This document shows positions 1 through 12,321 of a DNA stretch of 64,000 nucleotides, piece by piece. A program made the position numbers and the translations under genes. The DNA comes from Octopus sinensis (lineage: Eukaryota): positions 25,358,001-25,422,000 of the forward strand of contig NC_043001.1 in the NCBI RefSeq assembly GCF_006345805.1. Direction: 5' to 3'. Numbering within the stretch: position 1 is the first letter of the stretch; each line of letters starts with the position of its first letter. The notes under the pieces are model-generated. The model ran no database searches. It saw nothing but the letters and a program-made list of their open reading frames with translations, and was not told the DNA's origin.

Positions 1-492
1 GCTCTGCTCTTTGGTCTCCTGCTGGTTGGTTCAGTTTGAAGAATCTATCTTGCAATTCTTTCCTGTGACATTCTAATTATATGTCCATAGTACTGGAACT
101 GTAACGCCTCTATGCAGAGAAGTAGCAACTCACCCTGGAGAGTAGCAACTCAACCCTGAGCTATGTAACAAGTATAAAACACGAGCAACAAATAAATTTG
201 TATTTGATGTATAGATAGTCTAATTCTTATCTAATTAGCTTGTTCACTTCTTTATTGAGGCAAAAGTTTCAAATGAGGTTTAGTTAGATCTTCAAAACAA
301 ATTACTTTGTATATTCATATTTTTGTGAATAAATTATAGCAGTTCACCAGCTCTGGCAATAAGCCCACCGGCTGTAACTAAGAAAAGAATAAATCAGAAA
401 TAACTGAGATTATTTGGAATTATGTTCTTTGGAATGTGAAGAAGGTAAGGCAAATGAATTTCATTAACGAGCCAGTTACCTTATATATATAT

Positions 493-720
493 TTTTTTAC
501 TACCCACAAGGGGCTAAACATAGAGGGGACAAACAAGGACAGACAAAGGGATTAAGTCGATTACATCGACCCAGTGCGAAACTGGTACTTTATTTATCGA
601 CCCCGAGAGGATGAAAGGCAAAGTCGACCTCGGCGGAATTTGAACTCAGAATGTAACGACAGACGAAATACCGCTAAGCATTTCGCCCGGCGCGCTAACG
701 TTTCTGCCAGCTCGCCGCCT
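493..720 (-). mobile_element. tRNA-derived SINE, family B (~235 bp)
   Basis: On the minus strand: AGGCGGCGAGCTGGCAGAAACGTTAG head, GAGTTCAAATTCC B-box, central gcctttcatcct..ggggtcgataaa motif. Many homologous copies in the window. Confidence 0.9.
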
Positions 721-788
721 ATATAATATTTACCTTATATATAATTCACTTGACAGCATATCATTGATAACCTTAAAAGAACTACATA

Positions 789-1282
789 CCGTAAATCCTT
801 GAGTATAATCCGCATTTTTTCCCCAAAATTTAAAGGTCAAAATCCCTAGTGCGTATTATACACAAGGTTAAAAATGAAAATTATCTTCTAAGCAATGTCC
901 GAGTCTCTATTTGCTATCCGGCAATGTTTATTCAGACGCATTTTGTGATGTCAGGCGTGAAAATACTTAAGCTAAGCCTGAAAGCAATGAAGTCATAAAA
1001 GAATCATCCATAACTTGCAGTAAGCAACATTTATTAAATGTTATTACTGTTATTTCTTTATTTTCTGCAAATACAATGCACAAAAATGCTATATGTTTGC
1101 ATTATGTTATATATACAATAATAATAAAGGATGTTACCGTATACATTTTTACAAACCAAGGACGTTATATAAACCTCCTTGACTCAAGTTAGAGAAGGGA
1201 TGTGTATTATACACAAGGTTTAGGTTTTTCAGAGGTACAGCCCCCTAAAAATCCCCTGTGTATTATGCTCAAGGATTTACAG
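789..1282. mobile_element. Non-autonomous Tc1/mariner-superfamily (Tc2-like) DNA element
   Basis: TA TSDs (787-788, 1283-1284); TIRs CCGTAAATCCTTGAGTATAA / TTATGCTCAAGGATTTACAG. Second copy at 55733-56254. Confidence 0.85.
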
Positions 1283-3478
1283 TATTGTTTATTTAGAAGC
1301 CAACTTATTCAAGAAGGTATCATTTTTATCAATTGCAATTTCTTAATTTTTTGTTTTAGCTGAATATACTGAATCCAAATTCATGGATCATTTTTGATAC
1401 AAAATAATATTCAATATGGTCAAGTGTATATTGTAACTAAGTGATTTACTGAATAGTTTACATGAGAAAACACAAAAACTAGCTTATTTTGAGTCTAGAA
1501 CTGTTACATATACAAGGATCACATTTTGTAGTAATTAGTAAGAATGTGATGCCATTAGTTTCTATGCCCAATTTCCATAGTTCCCTCACTCCATCCTATC
1601 CAATCTATTCAACTACTATAACATCTGGTGCCTCAGTTATGACCAGTTTGTTTGTCTCTTTGATTAATTGCTTGAGTCTCTATTCTGGTATCTTGAAATA
1701 CTGGAGATAGAAAGTCCTTATTACAGTAATGATTAATGAGAATTTTTTTTTTTTCTTAAATTTGCTTTTTAGCAACAAGCTATTTCCAGTATATTTTTGG
1801 TCAAGCAACAATTTGGGCGAAAATAAAATCAATTTTCTGAAACTGAAGTACAATAGATATACAGTTTGTACAATATATATATATGAAATAAGTTACAAAA
1901 GACAAAATCAAATATAAATACGTTCACACACATGGATACATAGCAACAAGATTTCTTTTAGATATCAGCAGCTAAAATAGTCAGGAAAGCAAAACACAAA
2001 TTTTCTTTTGTTTTCATTCATTAATTTTTTTAGTTAACTTTTGTTTTCAGTTATTTCTTCCAACCTTGTAACTGAATGAGAAAGAGAGAGAGAGAGAGAC
2101 ATTGGACATATCCCTGTTCTGTTTCATTCTTTTTTTTTTCCTCTTTTTCTCCATTTCATTTAAAACTAATGAGATTGCATGTTGATAGCATTTTTTAGGG
2201 AAAAAAAAAGTCAAAAATACTTGAGAGATGTTTAAGATTTTAAAGAAACAACTGCTTGAATGATATTTAACTTTCATATCTGCATCTATCCAATTCTCCA
2301 TACTGGAATGAATTGAATTTGTTTTCCAAACAATCTTGCTCCATATTTCTTTGAAAACCTTTTTCCTTCATTTCTAGTCTTTCAAGGATTGTCACCATTC
2401 TCAATAAACTCCTCCACTTTCAGTGCCCGTAATTTGCAATACTAGCCTCATGTAGTGTAAGTGTGCACATGTATGCATACACACACACACACACACACAC
2501 TCTCTCTTCCTCTCTCCCCCCCTCTCTCTCTCTGGCATGCTTTTTAAAATTCATACTGGAATTCAATACATCATCCATTGTTTTATATTTCATTTTCACT
2601 TATTCATAATTTTATAAACATGTTTTCTGGTTTGCTCTTTATATGGGTTCTGCTTTGCTCATTATCACATGATGGTGATGTATAGCCTCAAGGTCAGCTC
2701 TGACTCAGTAAACTTATAAAGCCAATGATATTCCATCCATGGTAATCCCATCTTTTTTTCAATATGTCCAGTGTTTCCTTTATTTAAGACGGAATTGGTA
2801 TGTTTTTGAGTAGAATTAGTTGCTATTTCTAATAGATAGTGACTGGATGGAGGCTCTTTCATGGCTCGTATCACATGATGGATAGTGTTGGTATTGAGTG
2901 TGAAGGCAATAGAGCCAGATTCCTTCTCAAACAGCCGAGCTGACTGAATATTTTGCAATTGTTAAAGGCTTTCTTTGGAGAGGTGGGGGAGCATGAGTTT
3001 GTGTTTTCTATCTCCCTTTGTTTCTCTCTTTGTTTCTGAGTTTAAAACTTCACAATAAAGCTGTTTATACTTAGCTCAGAAATGTCTGTTTAACCTTTAC
3101 CTAAAACTTAAATGTTTTTTCCCTCTCCACTTATCTCTGATTTCCTGTTTTCCCATCTTTTGTTTGCTTTATTTATTAAAAGAAGCATACATAGCTCAAT
3201 AAGCCTTCCACTTTTTACACTTTTCTCAACTTGCAAAGAGTAGAAGCTGGCTAAAACAAGTGTAAAACAACAGTCGTGATCATTGACATAGCCATTGTAT
3301 TTATACGACCTTCAGTATATCTACAATTTGAGCTCTATAATATCACCCAGATACTCTCTTTTCATATATATATAACCACACTAGACCCTGTGACTCTCTC
3401 TCACTCACACACATACACACACACACACACAGCATCATAGCTGAATCAAATATTTTCACTCCTGTAGTAACAAATATA

Positions 3479-3895
3479 GGATCTTTTCGGTTTGAACGGC
3501 AGTTTTTAAAAATAATTTCCACATAACTAAACACTTTTAAACTTCGTATACTGGTAGAATGTGTTTATAAAACATCTTTTTCTCTTGACTTTATTGAGAA
3601 AATTCTATAGTTTGTAAGATATTTGTTGTTTTTTTTCTTCAGTTTCTGCAATTTCAACCAATCAATGACGTCTATTGAGGTGAAAACATTCTGTGCCGTA
3701 TGAAAATGTCCCTCGTTTAAGAAACAGATTGGGTTTATTTACATTTCTGAAGAAAAAAAAGATACCCTTCCTCTACCCCTAACCCTAACTCTAACATAGA
3801 TTGAAATGCAATAGATCGATACTAGGGTCATAATTATGGGTGACAATTTCATATGACACTGCTAGAAAAAACTGCCGTTCAAACCGAAAAGCTCC
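3479..3895. mobile_element. Non-autonomous DNA transposon with 8-bp TSD (hAT/Merlin/P-type TSD length)
   Basis: TSD CAAATATA at 3471-3478 and 3896-3903; 29-bp TIR GG(A)(T/G)CTTTTCGGTTTGAACGGCAGTTTTT. Confidence 0.88.
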
Positions 3896-4718
3896 CAAAT
3901 ATATTTTACCTCTTGAAATTTAAAAATGAGAAACAAGCAATAACTCTTTCTACTATATACACAAGGCTTGGAATATTGGGGAAGAGTAGCTAGTCAATTA
4001 TATTGATGCCAATCCTCAACTGTCACTTATTTTACTGATCCCAAAAGGACAGAAGGCAAAGTAAGTAGATATTAGTGGAATTTTCAAAGAACTGCTGCTA
4101 AGCATTTTGTTGACTGTGCTAACAATTCTGCCTGTTCACCACCCTTTTTAGAAACAAGTAGTACTAAAATATCTTTGCTCTGTACAATGCACTTTTTTCA
4201 GGAGAATGGTTCAGTTCCCAGTACCTTTAAGTGATAAAATAAAGACATAGTTTAACCCCTTTTAACTTGGAACCATAAACTGAGCCAAATACAAATGTGT
4301 CTTGGCAATCTGTGGACCCATATACACACAAACTCCCACAAGCCACAAATTTTCGTGAAAGAGCATAATCAATTGAAGTAAATAGTATTTATTTTGTCAA
4401 TCATTGAGAGATGAACAGCAAAGTTAACCATAACAGGATTTGAACTCAGAAAGAAGTGAAAGAAATACAGCAAAAATGGTATTAGCTATAAGTGACTGAC
4501 TACCACTGTTCTCTCAGAGCTATGTGCGTGAACAGTTAATATAATTATGAATATCTACATTATTTTAAGCAACAAACAAAAATTTCGTTAATTTTGTTAA
4601 GCTATGTGCCCAAACATTGCAAAATGTTCATGCACATAGCTTAACAAAATTAATGTACACGCCTGGATTTTTGTTTGTTGCTTAAGATAATGTAGACATT
4701 AATAATTACATTTTATGA

Positions 4719-4878
4719 GGTGTAGGAGTGGCTGTGCGGTAAGTAGCTTGCTTACCAACCACATGGTTCCAGGTTCAGTCCCACTGCGTGGCACCTTGGG
4801 CAAGTGTCTTCTGCTATAGCCTCAGGTTGACCAAACCCTTGTGAGTGGATTTGGTAGACGGAAACTGAAAGAAGCCCG

Positions 4879-4966
<88 letters not shown>

Positions 4967-5278
4967 GTGTGTGTGTGTGTGTGGTGTGTGTGTTGTATGT
5001 GTGTGTGTGTGTGTTGTGTGTGTGTGTGGTGTGTGTGTGTGTTGTGTGTGTGTGTGTGTGTGTGTGTGCGTTGTATATGTGTGTGTGTGTCTGTGTTTGT
5101 CCCTCCAACATCGCTTGACAACCGATGTCCCCGTAACTTACCAGTTCGGCAAAAGAGACCGATAGAATAAGTACTAGGCTTACAAAGAATAAGTCCTGGG
5201 GTCGATTTGCTCGACTAAAGGTAGTGCTCCAGCATGGCCACAGTCAAATGACTGAAACCAGTAAAAGAGTAAAGAGAG
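4719..5278 (+). mobile_element. tRNA-derived SINE, family A (~400 bp plus internal TA/TG microsatellite)
   Basis: Head GGxGxAGGAGTGGCTGTGxGGTAAG, B-box GGTTCAGTCCC, internal microsatellite, tail of GTAAAAGA repeats. More than 12 homologous copies in the window. Confidence 0.9.
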
Positions 5279-5362
5279 TATGTACTTGCATGGCACGTGT
5301 TTTGATCTGAGATTGTACATTGAAACTGAAATGATTGCCATGTGGAAGACTCGAGTTAACCA

Positions 5363-5908
5363 TTCAGAAGCACACAAAGACAGTTAACTTCACTTAAACA
5401 TTTAGTGTTTGTAATATGGTGTCAAATTTTTCATCACTCAAAACTGCAACCTGATCACTGACAAATTTGTCATTGACCAAGTCACAGGTTGAAAATAAAA
5501 AATTTTTGACACCACACTACAAAGCACATAAAGACAGTTAACTTCACTTAACCCTTTCGTTACTGTATTTATTTTGAGATGTGTTTCTTTCAATTACTTT
5601 AAATATAACAAAGAACTTAGTTATCATTAAGCTAGTGTTAGGAACATAAATTGTGACTAAGGTTTAGTGGAAGATTTTAATTCAAAACTTATGAAAACAT
5701 GACATTTGTATTACAGCTGGGTTGGTAACAAAAGAGTTAAACATTTAGTGTTTGTAATATGGTGTCAAATTTTTCATCACTCAAAACTGCAACCTGATCA
5801 CTGACAAATTTGTCATTGACCAAGTCACAGTTTCAATGACAAAAATTTCGACACCACATTATAAACACTAAATGTTTAAGGAAGTTAACTGTCTTTCTGT
5901 GTTTCTGA
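5363..5908. mobile_element. Partially tandem-duplicated foldback MITE
   Basis: Left arm cagaagcacacaaagacagttaacttcacttaaacatttagtg... is the reverse complement of the right arm ending 5908. About 92 bp of the interior occurs twice (~5396 and ~5739). Confidence 0.75.
5552..5736. mobile_element. piggyBac-type MITE nested in the foldback
   Basis: TTAA TSDs (5548-5551, 5737-5740); TIR CCCTTTCGTTAC / GTAACAAAAGAG. Longer copy in opposite orientation at 13732-13951. Confidence 0.85.
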
Positions 5909-8356
5909 GTACCCAACTTGTGTTTTCTATTCTGCAATCCATTATAATTATATCTATCATACATTCATTGCGCAGATAATTTTATCAGTAGGAAAAATTG
6001 CACAACATAAGATTTCTTTGCATACTGATTATTTAGACATTAGGAGGAACATTGGTGAGTACTAAAATCATTGCATCATTCTGAAATTTAGACGATAGTG
6101 TTAATATGGAAAGCTGAGACATATACCTGATGTATAGTGGTAGCTGGAGCAGAGGTTAGTGTAAAGACTTGAAGCTTGTTGTCTGCAGCTTGTTAAACTT
6201 TGTATAAGAAAAGACCCTATGTAAACTTTAAACATCTGATGTAATGTAAATTTAATCTAATGTAAATTTTAAACACTTCAATGCTTCAGAAAAAGTGTTA
6301 AGAAATTCCACATAAAATTGATCCTTCTTTCTCAACAAAGTTATTCTAACATTTGAAGAATTATAAGTAGAGATATTTAAGAAAATGCAAGAAGCTTAAG
6401 CTTTCCCAGACGAATAATAAAGAAAACATTGAATTAGTCAAATATTTGACCAGGCACAGATATAAACTATTTTCTGAAAATTAGTTTAATTTTCAGCAGT
6501 GACATGAAGCTCATATAGAATTACCTCCATAACAGGAAATGCTTTATATCCATACTTAGAACTCAAATAACAGTGCACAATTTTGTATCTACTAATATTT
6601 CTGAGAAAAGAGAACGTCTCTGCTTAACATGCCATTCTGACAGTTCATTTATTTGTTGAAGGTTTTATAACGCGTATGTTCTTTGAAGGGGATTATTTCA
6701 CCCAAACATGAGGATAAAGTTCAAGTTAACCTTAGCTGTTACGATCTATACCAAAATAGGTTTACAACACACAGCACAGTAATAATAATAATGCTTTAGA
6801 ATGTTGCAATAGTTGAAGATCCCAAATGTGAAGTATATGAGACATAAAGCTGAAGATGAACATTGTTAAATGATTTTTGATGATAAAGATTTACTTGTTT
6901 GCTGTACTCTGTTTAATTTCAAATAAATTCATTTTATTTTAGTCTGTTCTTATTGTTTCTAAACCTACAACGCTTCCCCAATACCACTCTCCATATTTAT
7001 CCAGAATACATTTTTATTATTATAGCTTCCCCTTCAGATACCGTGTTGTATTACTTTGTTATCTCTTGGAATGGTTTACCTGTTTTGCTGGTAGGTATTG
7101 CAGAATTCCAAAGATAACATTGTTTTCTTATGCATTACTTTAGTTCAAAGAAAGACCCTCATATATTTGTGCGCAGTGTGTGTGTGCGTAGGCATGTGTG
7201 TGAAGGAATAAAAATAGATTACTCTTTTACTGGTTCCATCCAGTTGGTGGAACGCAAATTTCAACAAAAGTATGAATTTTCAGTTTTTTAATGTCTGGTT
7301 TCCTTGCTGGTATAGGTCGGAGGTTTGATAGGGTCTGATGAATTGACTGTGTCATGCATCTGTGTCTGCTTTGGCATGGTTTCTATAGCTGGATGCTCTT
7401 CCTAATGCCAACCACTTTATAGTGTGTACTGGGCCCTTTTCTTTTTTTATATATTTCCATGTCACTTGCAAAGCTAAGGATTTACAGTGCTCTGTATAAC
7501 TAAGGGACCTTGGTAGAGGGTTGTTAGATAGTAGGTAAAAGAAGAATGGAGTATGACAGGAAGGAAGAAAGGGATTAGTGCCAGGGTTGAGACAAATGAG
7601 AGGATAGAGTTGAAGAGGCAATTGGGTGGATTATGTTAGGGAGTGGGAGTAATATGTTACTCAGAATTTTAAAATACTGATTTGTTTGTCTCTGCATCTA
7701 ATGAGGTTTGAGAAGGAGTAAAGGCAATAGAATTGATGGCAGAACATCACTGTTAGATGAAAGACTAAGTCAAACCTACTGAGATTTGAACTCTCTAATA
7801 TAGATAGGGATACAAAACTTAATACTGTAAGCCATTTTTGTCCAACATTCTACTTTTATTACCAGCTGCTTGCTTTTCAAAATTTTAAACATTGGCTTCT
7901 GTTGAATTTATATTTAATTATTTTCAGTCTTGTGAATACAAAACTAATCTTAAAATGTTTTATTGCAAAATTCCACAAATAATTATTTTATGAATGATCA
8001 AGTAAAACTAATTTACTTATTTTATAAATTTTCTCTGGTTTGTTAGACTTGAAATTGAGAGAAAAATAATCTACATTTGAAAAAAAAAATAGTTTCCCTT
8101 GTAGGGGTTACACCCCTACAAAGAATTAGATGTGTACTGAGTCAAAATGAACAGATAGAAAAGCCTATCACACTGTTGGCCTCTTTCTCTTCTTTTATGC
8201 TGATAATGTCAGTGGAAATAATACAAATATCTTAACTCCTATTTACTTATCCTTTTTTGTTCTTTGCTGGTTGATGGCTATTTCCCATTACATAAAATCA
8301 ACATTATTTATATTATTTACATTTGACAGATATTTGTCCTCATCTTGTTTGTTGTT

Positions 8357-8399
8357 AACACGTTTTGGCTGATATACCCTCCAGCCTTCATCAGGTGTC
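8357..8399 (-). ncRNA. Degenerate hammerhead motif (inverted arm)
   Basis: Minus strand GACAC-CTGATGA-A-GGCTG-loop-CAGCC-AAAA-CGT. GAAA is mutated to AAAA and 3 nt are deleted after helix III. Confidence 0.55.
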
Positions 8400-8450
8400 T
8401 TAGGGGAAATTTCGAGCCTGGGTTCTCATTCCTAAGGTATTTTTCAATGC

Positions 8451-8496
<46 letters not shown>

Positions 8497-8633
8497 TAGG
8501 TCAATCCTTGGAATCGAACTCGGAATCTTGGGGTTAGTAGAGTTCGATTCCAGGCAGTGACCTGAATAATAATAATAATAATAATATCGAAAAATACCTT
8601 AGGAATGAGAACCCAGGTTCGAAATTTCCCCAA

Positions 8634-8679
8634 GACACCTGATGAAGGCTGGAGGGTATATCAGCTGAAACGTTGTGTT
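8634..8679 (+). ncRNA. Minimal type-I hammerhead ribozyme motif
   Basis: Helix I GACAC/GTGTT; core CTGATGA (8639-8645); helix II GGCTG/CAGCT; GAAA (8667-8670); palindromic ACGT in place of helix III; putative cleavage triplet GUU. Folded by eye; activity untested. Confidence 0.7.
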
Positions 8680-10262
8680 AACAACAAACAAGATGAGGAC
8701 AAATATCCATCAAATGTAAATAATGTACATAATTCCTCATTTCTTAAATATAGAACAGATAAAATCAAATTGTTGAATTTATGTTTCAACATTTTGAGCA
8801 TCATCGTCATCATTTTAACATGTTTCCTATGCTGGCATGGGGTGAATGGTCCAACAGGAGATGGCAAGCCAGGGGACTACATCAAGCTCTGTCTGCTTTT
8901 GCATGGTTTCTATGGCTGGATACCCTTCCTAATACCAACCACTTGACAGAGCGTACTGAGTACTTTTTATGTGGCACCAGCACTAGTGAGGTCACCAAGT
9001 AACTTGCAAGTCAAGACCCCCTTCCCCTCAACTGAGAAGGGTTTTATTGAGTTTGGTGGCTTTATGCCAGTTGATGAGCAACAGAAACAAGTGTCTTGTT
9101 GTAGGGGAGATACCTGATTGCCCCAGTTGGAAAAGAGGATTGTGGTGAAGATAGAATTTACATGAACATAGGATCCAAAATGTTATCTAAGTCCAGGATT
9201 ATTTTTAACACAGCAAGTTATTAGACAACCAGTTAAGACTCTGAACATACCTTACCACGACAAAATTGGCATCAGAGAAGCATTCATTACAACTACTTCA
9301 CTTATCCAAAAAAATGAAGTAAGCTCCTTTGTACTTCATGTCCCTGAAAATTTCATCTTACTGAGGATATGTGGCAATAGAGAAGCTAGTGAGGTGGCTT
9401 TGTTACTTTCAAATACTTAAAAGTTTACATGTACAAATGTTTGGAGGTATATTTTATTTGTACACTCCATAACAGAGAAGGGGAAAGTAGTCTTTTCTTG
9501 AAAAGGTAATTTGTTGTTGCAAAGAGAGACACCCATGTGATCACCGATATTAGACATGCACAACTGCTCATTGCATCTTGCAGCCTCAAATGAAAGACAC
9601 CATCATCATCATCATCATCATCATTACCATCAGTTAAATATCCACTTTTTCATGCTTATAATAGATCAAACAGAATTTGTGGAGGCAGATTTTTTGTAAG
9701 GTGAGATACCCTTTTTGCTACCAATCTTCACCTGTTTCCAACTAAGGTAATATTTTCCCAGAGCAAGACATATTTTCCCATGGAACACTGGAAACAACAA
9801 ACCTTACTTTTATGATGGCCATGTACATTTACAATCATCACATGATGTCTAGAAAAGAGTTCGCATAAACACACACACACGCACACATGTATGTGTGCAT
9901 ATGTATACAAAAGGGTTTCTTTTCCATTTCTGTCTACCAAATCCACAATAGTAAAAGACACTGAAGGTGCCACGTAGTGGGACTGAAACCAAGATGCATA
10001 GTCTAAAAGCAAACTTCTTAACCACACAACCACACATAAAATTAAGCTACCTGAATGTTTCAAGTTTTTCATAAGCTGGAATTAAAGTGGTGGGGTGGAA
10101 GCGTGTGTTTGTGTTGTCAGCAGCAATAATCTACGTTCATCTAGAAACATGAAGGTGTGGATATAGAATGAGAGAATAAGGCTTCTTATCCAGTTGTGAC
10201 TGTACCAAAATTGCTCCTTCAAATGCAAAAAATGCAAGAAAATATACATTTTTATGTGCATA

Positions 10263-10680
10263 GGCGCAGGAGTGGCTGTGTGGTAAGTAGCTTGCTTACC
10301 AATCACATAGTTCCGGGTTCAGTCCTACTGCGTGGTACCTTGGGCAAGTGTCTTTTACTATAGCCTCAGGCAGACCAAAGCCTTGTGAGTGGATTTGATA
10401 GACGGAAACTGAAAGAAGCCCGTCGTATATATGTTTATATATATATAATATATATATATATAATAATAATAAATATTAGGGAATAAATCCAAAATTACAG
10501 GGAAAAAATCAGATTTAGGATTAAATCCAATTTTATAGTAAAATATTATATAATATTAATTAGAGACAAAACCACTATTTTGCAATTGTAGTGGCGATTT
10601 ATTTACTTTATATTAACATTTTTTATGTATTGATTAAGTCTTTCCTTGTTTGATTTGCAAAATAGTGGTTTTGTCTCGAA

Positions 10681-10725
<45 letters not shown>

Positions 10726-10872
10726 TGTGTGTCTGTGTTTGTCCCCCTAACATCGCTTAACAACCTATGCTGGTGTGATTACATCCCCGTAACTTAGCTG
10801 TTCAGCAAAAAAGACCAATAGAATAAGTACTAGGCCTACAAAGACTGAAACAAGTAAAAGAGTAAAAAGAGT
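10263..10872 (+). mobile_element. SINE family A interrupted by ~220-bp insertion in its (TA)n
   Basis: Head at 10263, tail to 10872. Foreign sequence ~10470-10691 lies inside the microsatellite. Confidence 0.85.
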
Positions 10873-11192
10873 ATATCAGTTTGTAGACCTTGTGTAAATA
10901 GAATGAGAAAAGAGAAACACAAATCTGAAAATATTTCTGACTCACTTGCAGAGTTTGGTGTAATTGGTGTCATTGACAATTTCGCTTGTATTTGACAGGA
11001 TTAATCTTTCTGTCTGACAACCTGTCAATGCTTGATGGATCTGAGCTGTGTTACACTGGCCTTTGATAAGAACTGCAGAAGAAAAAAAAAATTGAGGATT
11101 AAATTTCTGCTTTGACTAATGTACCACATAAAAACGTTTATGAATTTTATAGAAATACCAATAACCTCCCCACCCACCCACCCACCCACTCA

Positions 11193-11233
<41 letters not shown>

Positions 11234-11338
11234 CTCTGAAACTAAATTCTTTTTTCTATGTATTGAGTACACTTTTTCACTTTTGTTTATAAGTTGTAAC
11301 ATTTGAATGTGTGTGTGTACCTTTATCAAACTCATATA

Positions 11339-11378
<40 letters not shown>

Positions 11379-12321
11379 ATTTTTTATTTTTATTTTATCT
11401 AGTTTCAGCTCACGAGCTGTGGTCATGCTGGGGCACCACCATATATATATATATATATATATACATACATACATACATATGTACATTGGAATTTTTCATT
11501 AGCCAAGCTAATCTATCAAACTGCTTGAACAACCCTCAGTTCTAAATGCCAATAAAGAATGTCCATTGTATTGGTACAGACTGAATTTCAGTCATTCAAT
11601 AATGTTCTGTCCATAAGCTTCCTATTTATTATGAAAGATGTTGTCATATGATCCCCATTATGGAAATAATACAGTGCATTAAGAAAGAGATTAGGTACTA
11701 CTTAAAATAGCTGGAGCCTGTACACAGAAACCCTACCTTAGTTCAATAGTTAAGAAGACAATTATTTCACATGATACTTAAGTTACTTCTAGCAAGAAAG
11801 ATAGGATAGGGTTTAATTGCTTTTGTTATTTAGTCCTGCATCAGATATAATGATCAAAGATTTTCTAGGTTTGACCATCTTATCTTTTTCAAACAATGCA
11901 AAAAAAAAAACTTTGGTTAGTCAAAGCATGTACTTGTAGAATACCTAGTGAAGTGGTCAAATTTAGGAGAATTCCCTATATTTTATTTTATTTTAGATTG
12001 GCACCTTATTGTCTGTGGTGGTAGTCAGACTTTGTTTGAGACAGGCATCCTGCCAGAATGTTATCTATTATCTGCTCATATTAAACCATTGGTACAACTC
12101 CACACTCAAGCTCTATTACCAGCCAAAATATCTATTTATGTTTTCATGGTATGAAGTTTTATCTTTGGCTGTAATTATAAGGATTTCCATTTTGGGATAT
12201 ATTAAGCTGAAATTTGTTTTATACATTATTACTAAGCAATTATGATCTGACTAAAGCATAATGTTAATTCATCTGAATCTCAGTTTTTGTACAGCGAGAA
12301 TACATTTTTTTCTGGTATATA

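Larger units (their letters stand above)
8312..8756. mobile_element. Inverted (head-to-head) Penelope-like/SINE-like element with hammerhead motifs
   Basis: Arms of about 200 bp (8312-8521 and 8540-8724) are reverse complements across an 18-nt loop. Each arm has a B-box, (AAT)n and a hammerhead-like core. Confidence 0.8.

Noticed and set aside
117-161. Short tandem duplications (agtagcaactca(a)ccctg x2 here; tctgaatccaactaagttca x2 at ~24700-24740)
   Set aside because: Ordinary slippage duplications with no further structure.
2665-2958. 97-aa minus-strand ORF with plausible composition
   Set aside because: TTG start just after an in-frame stop, no convincing splice sites, no recognisable homology.
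9253-9345. Minus-strand segment with good acceptor and GTAAGG donor
   Set aside because: Stops in all three frames; cannot be supported as coding without RNA data.
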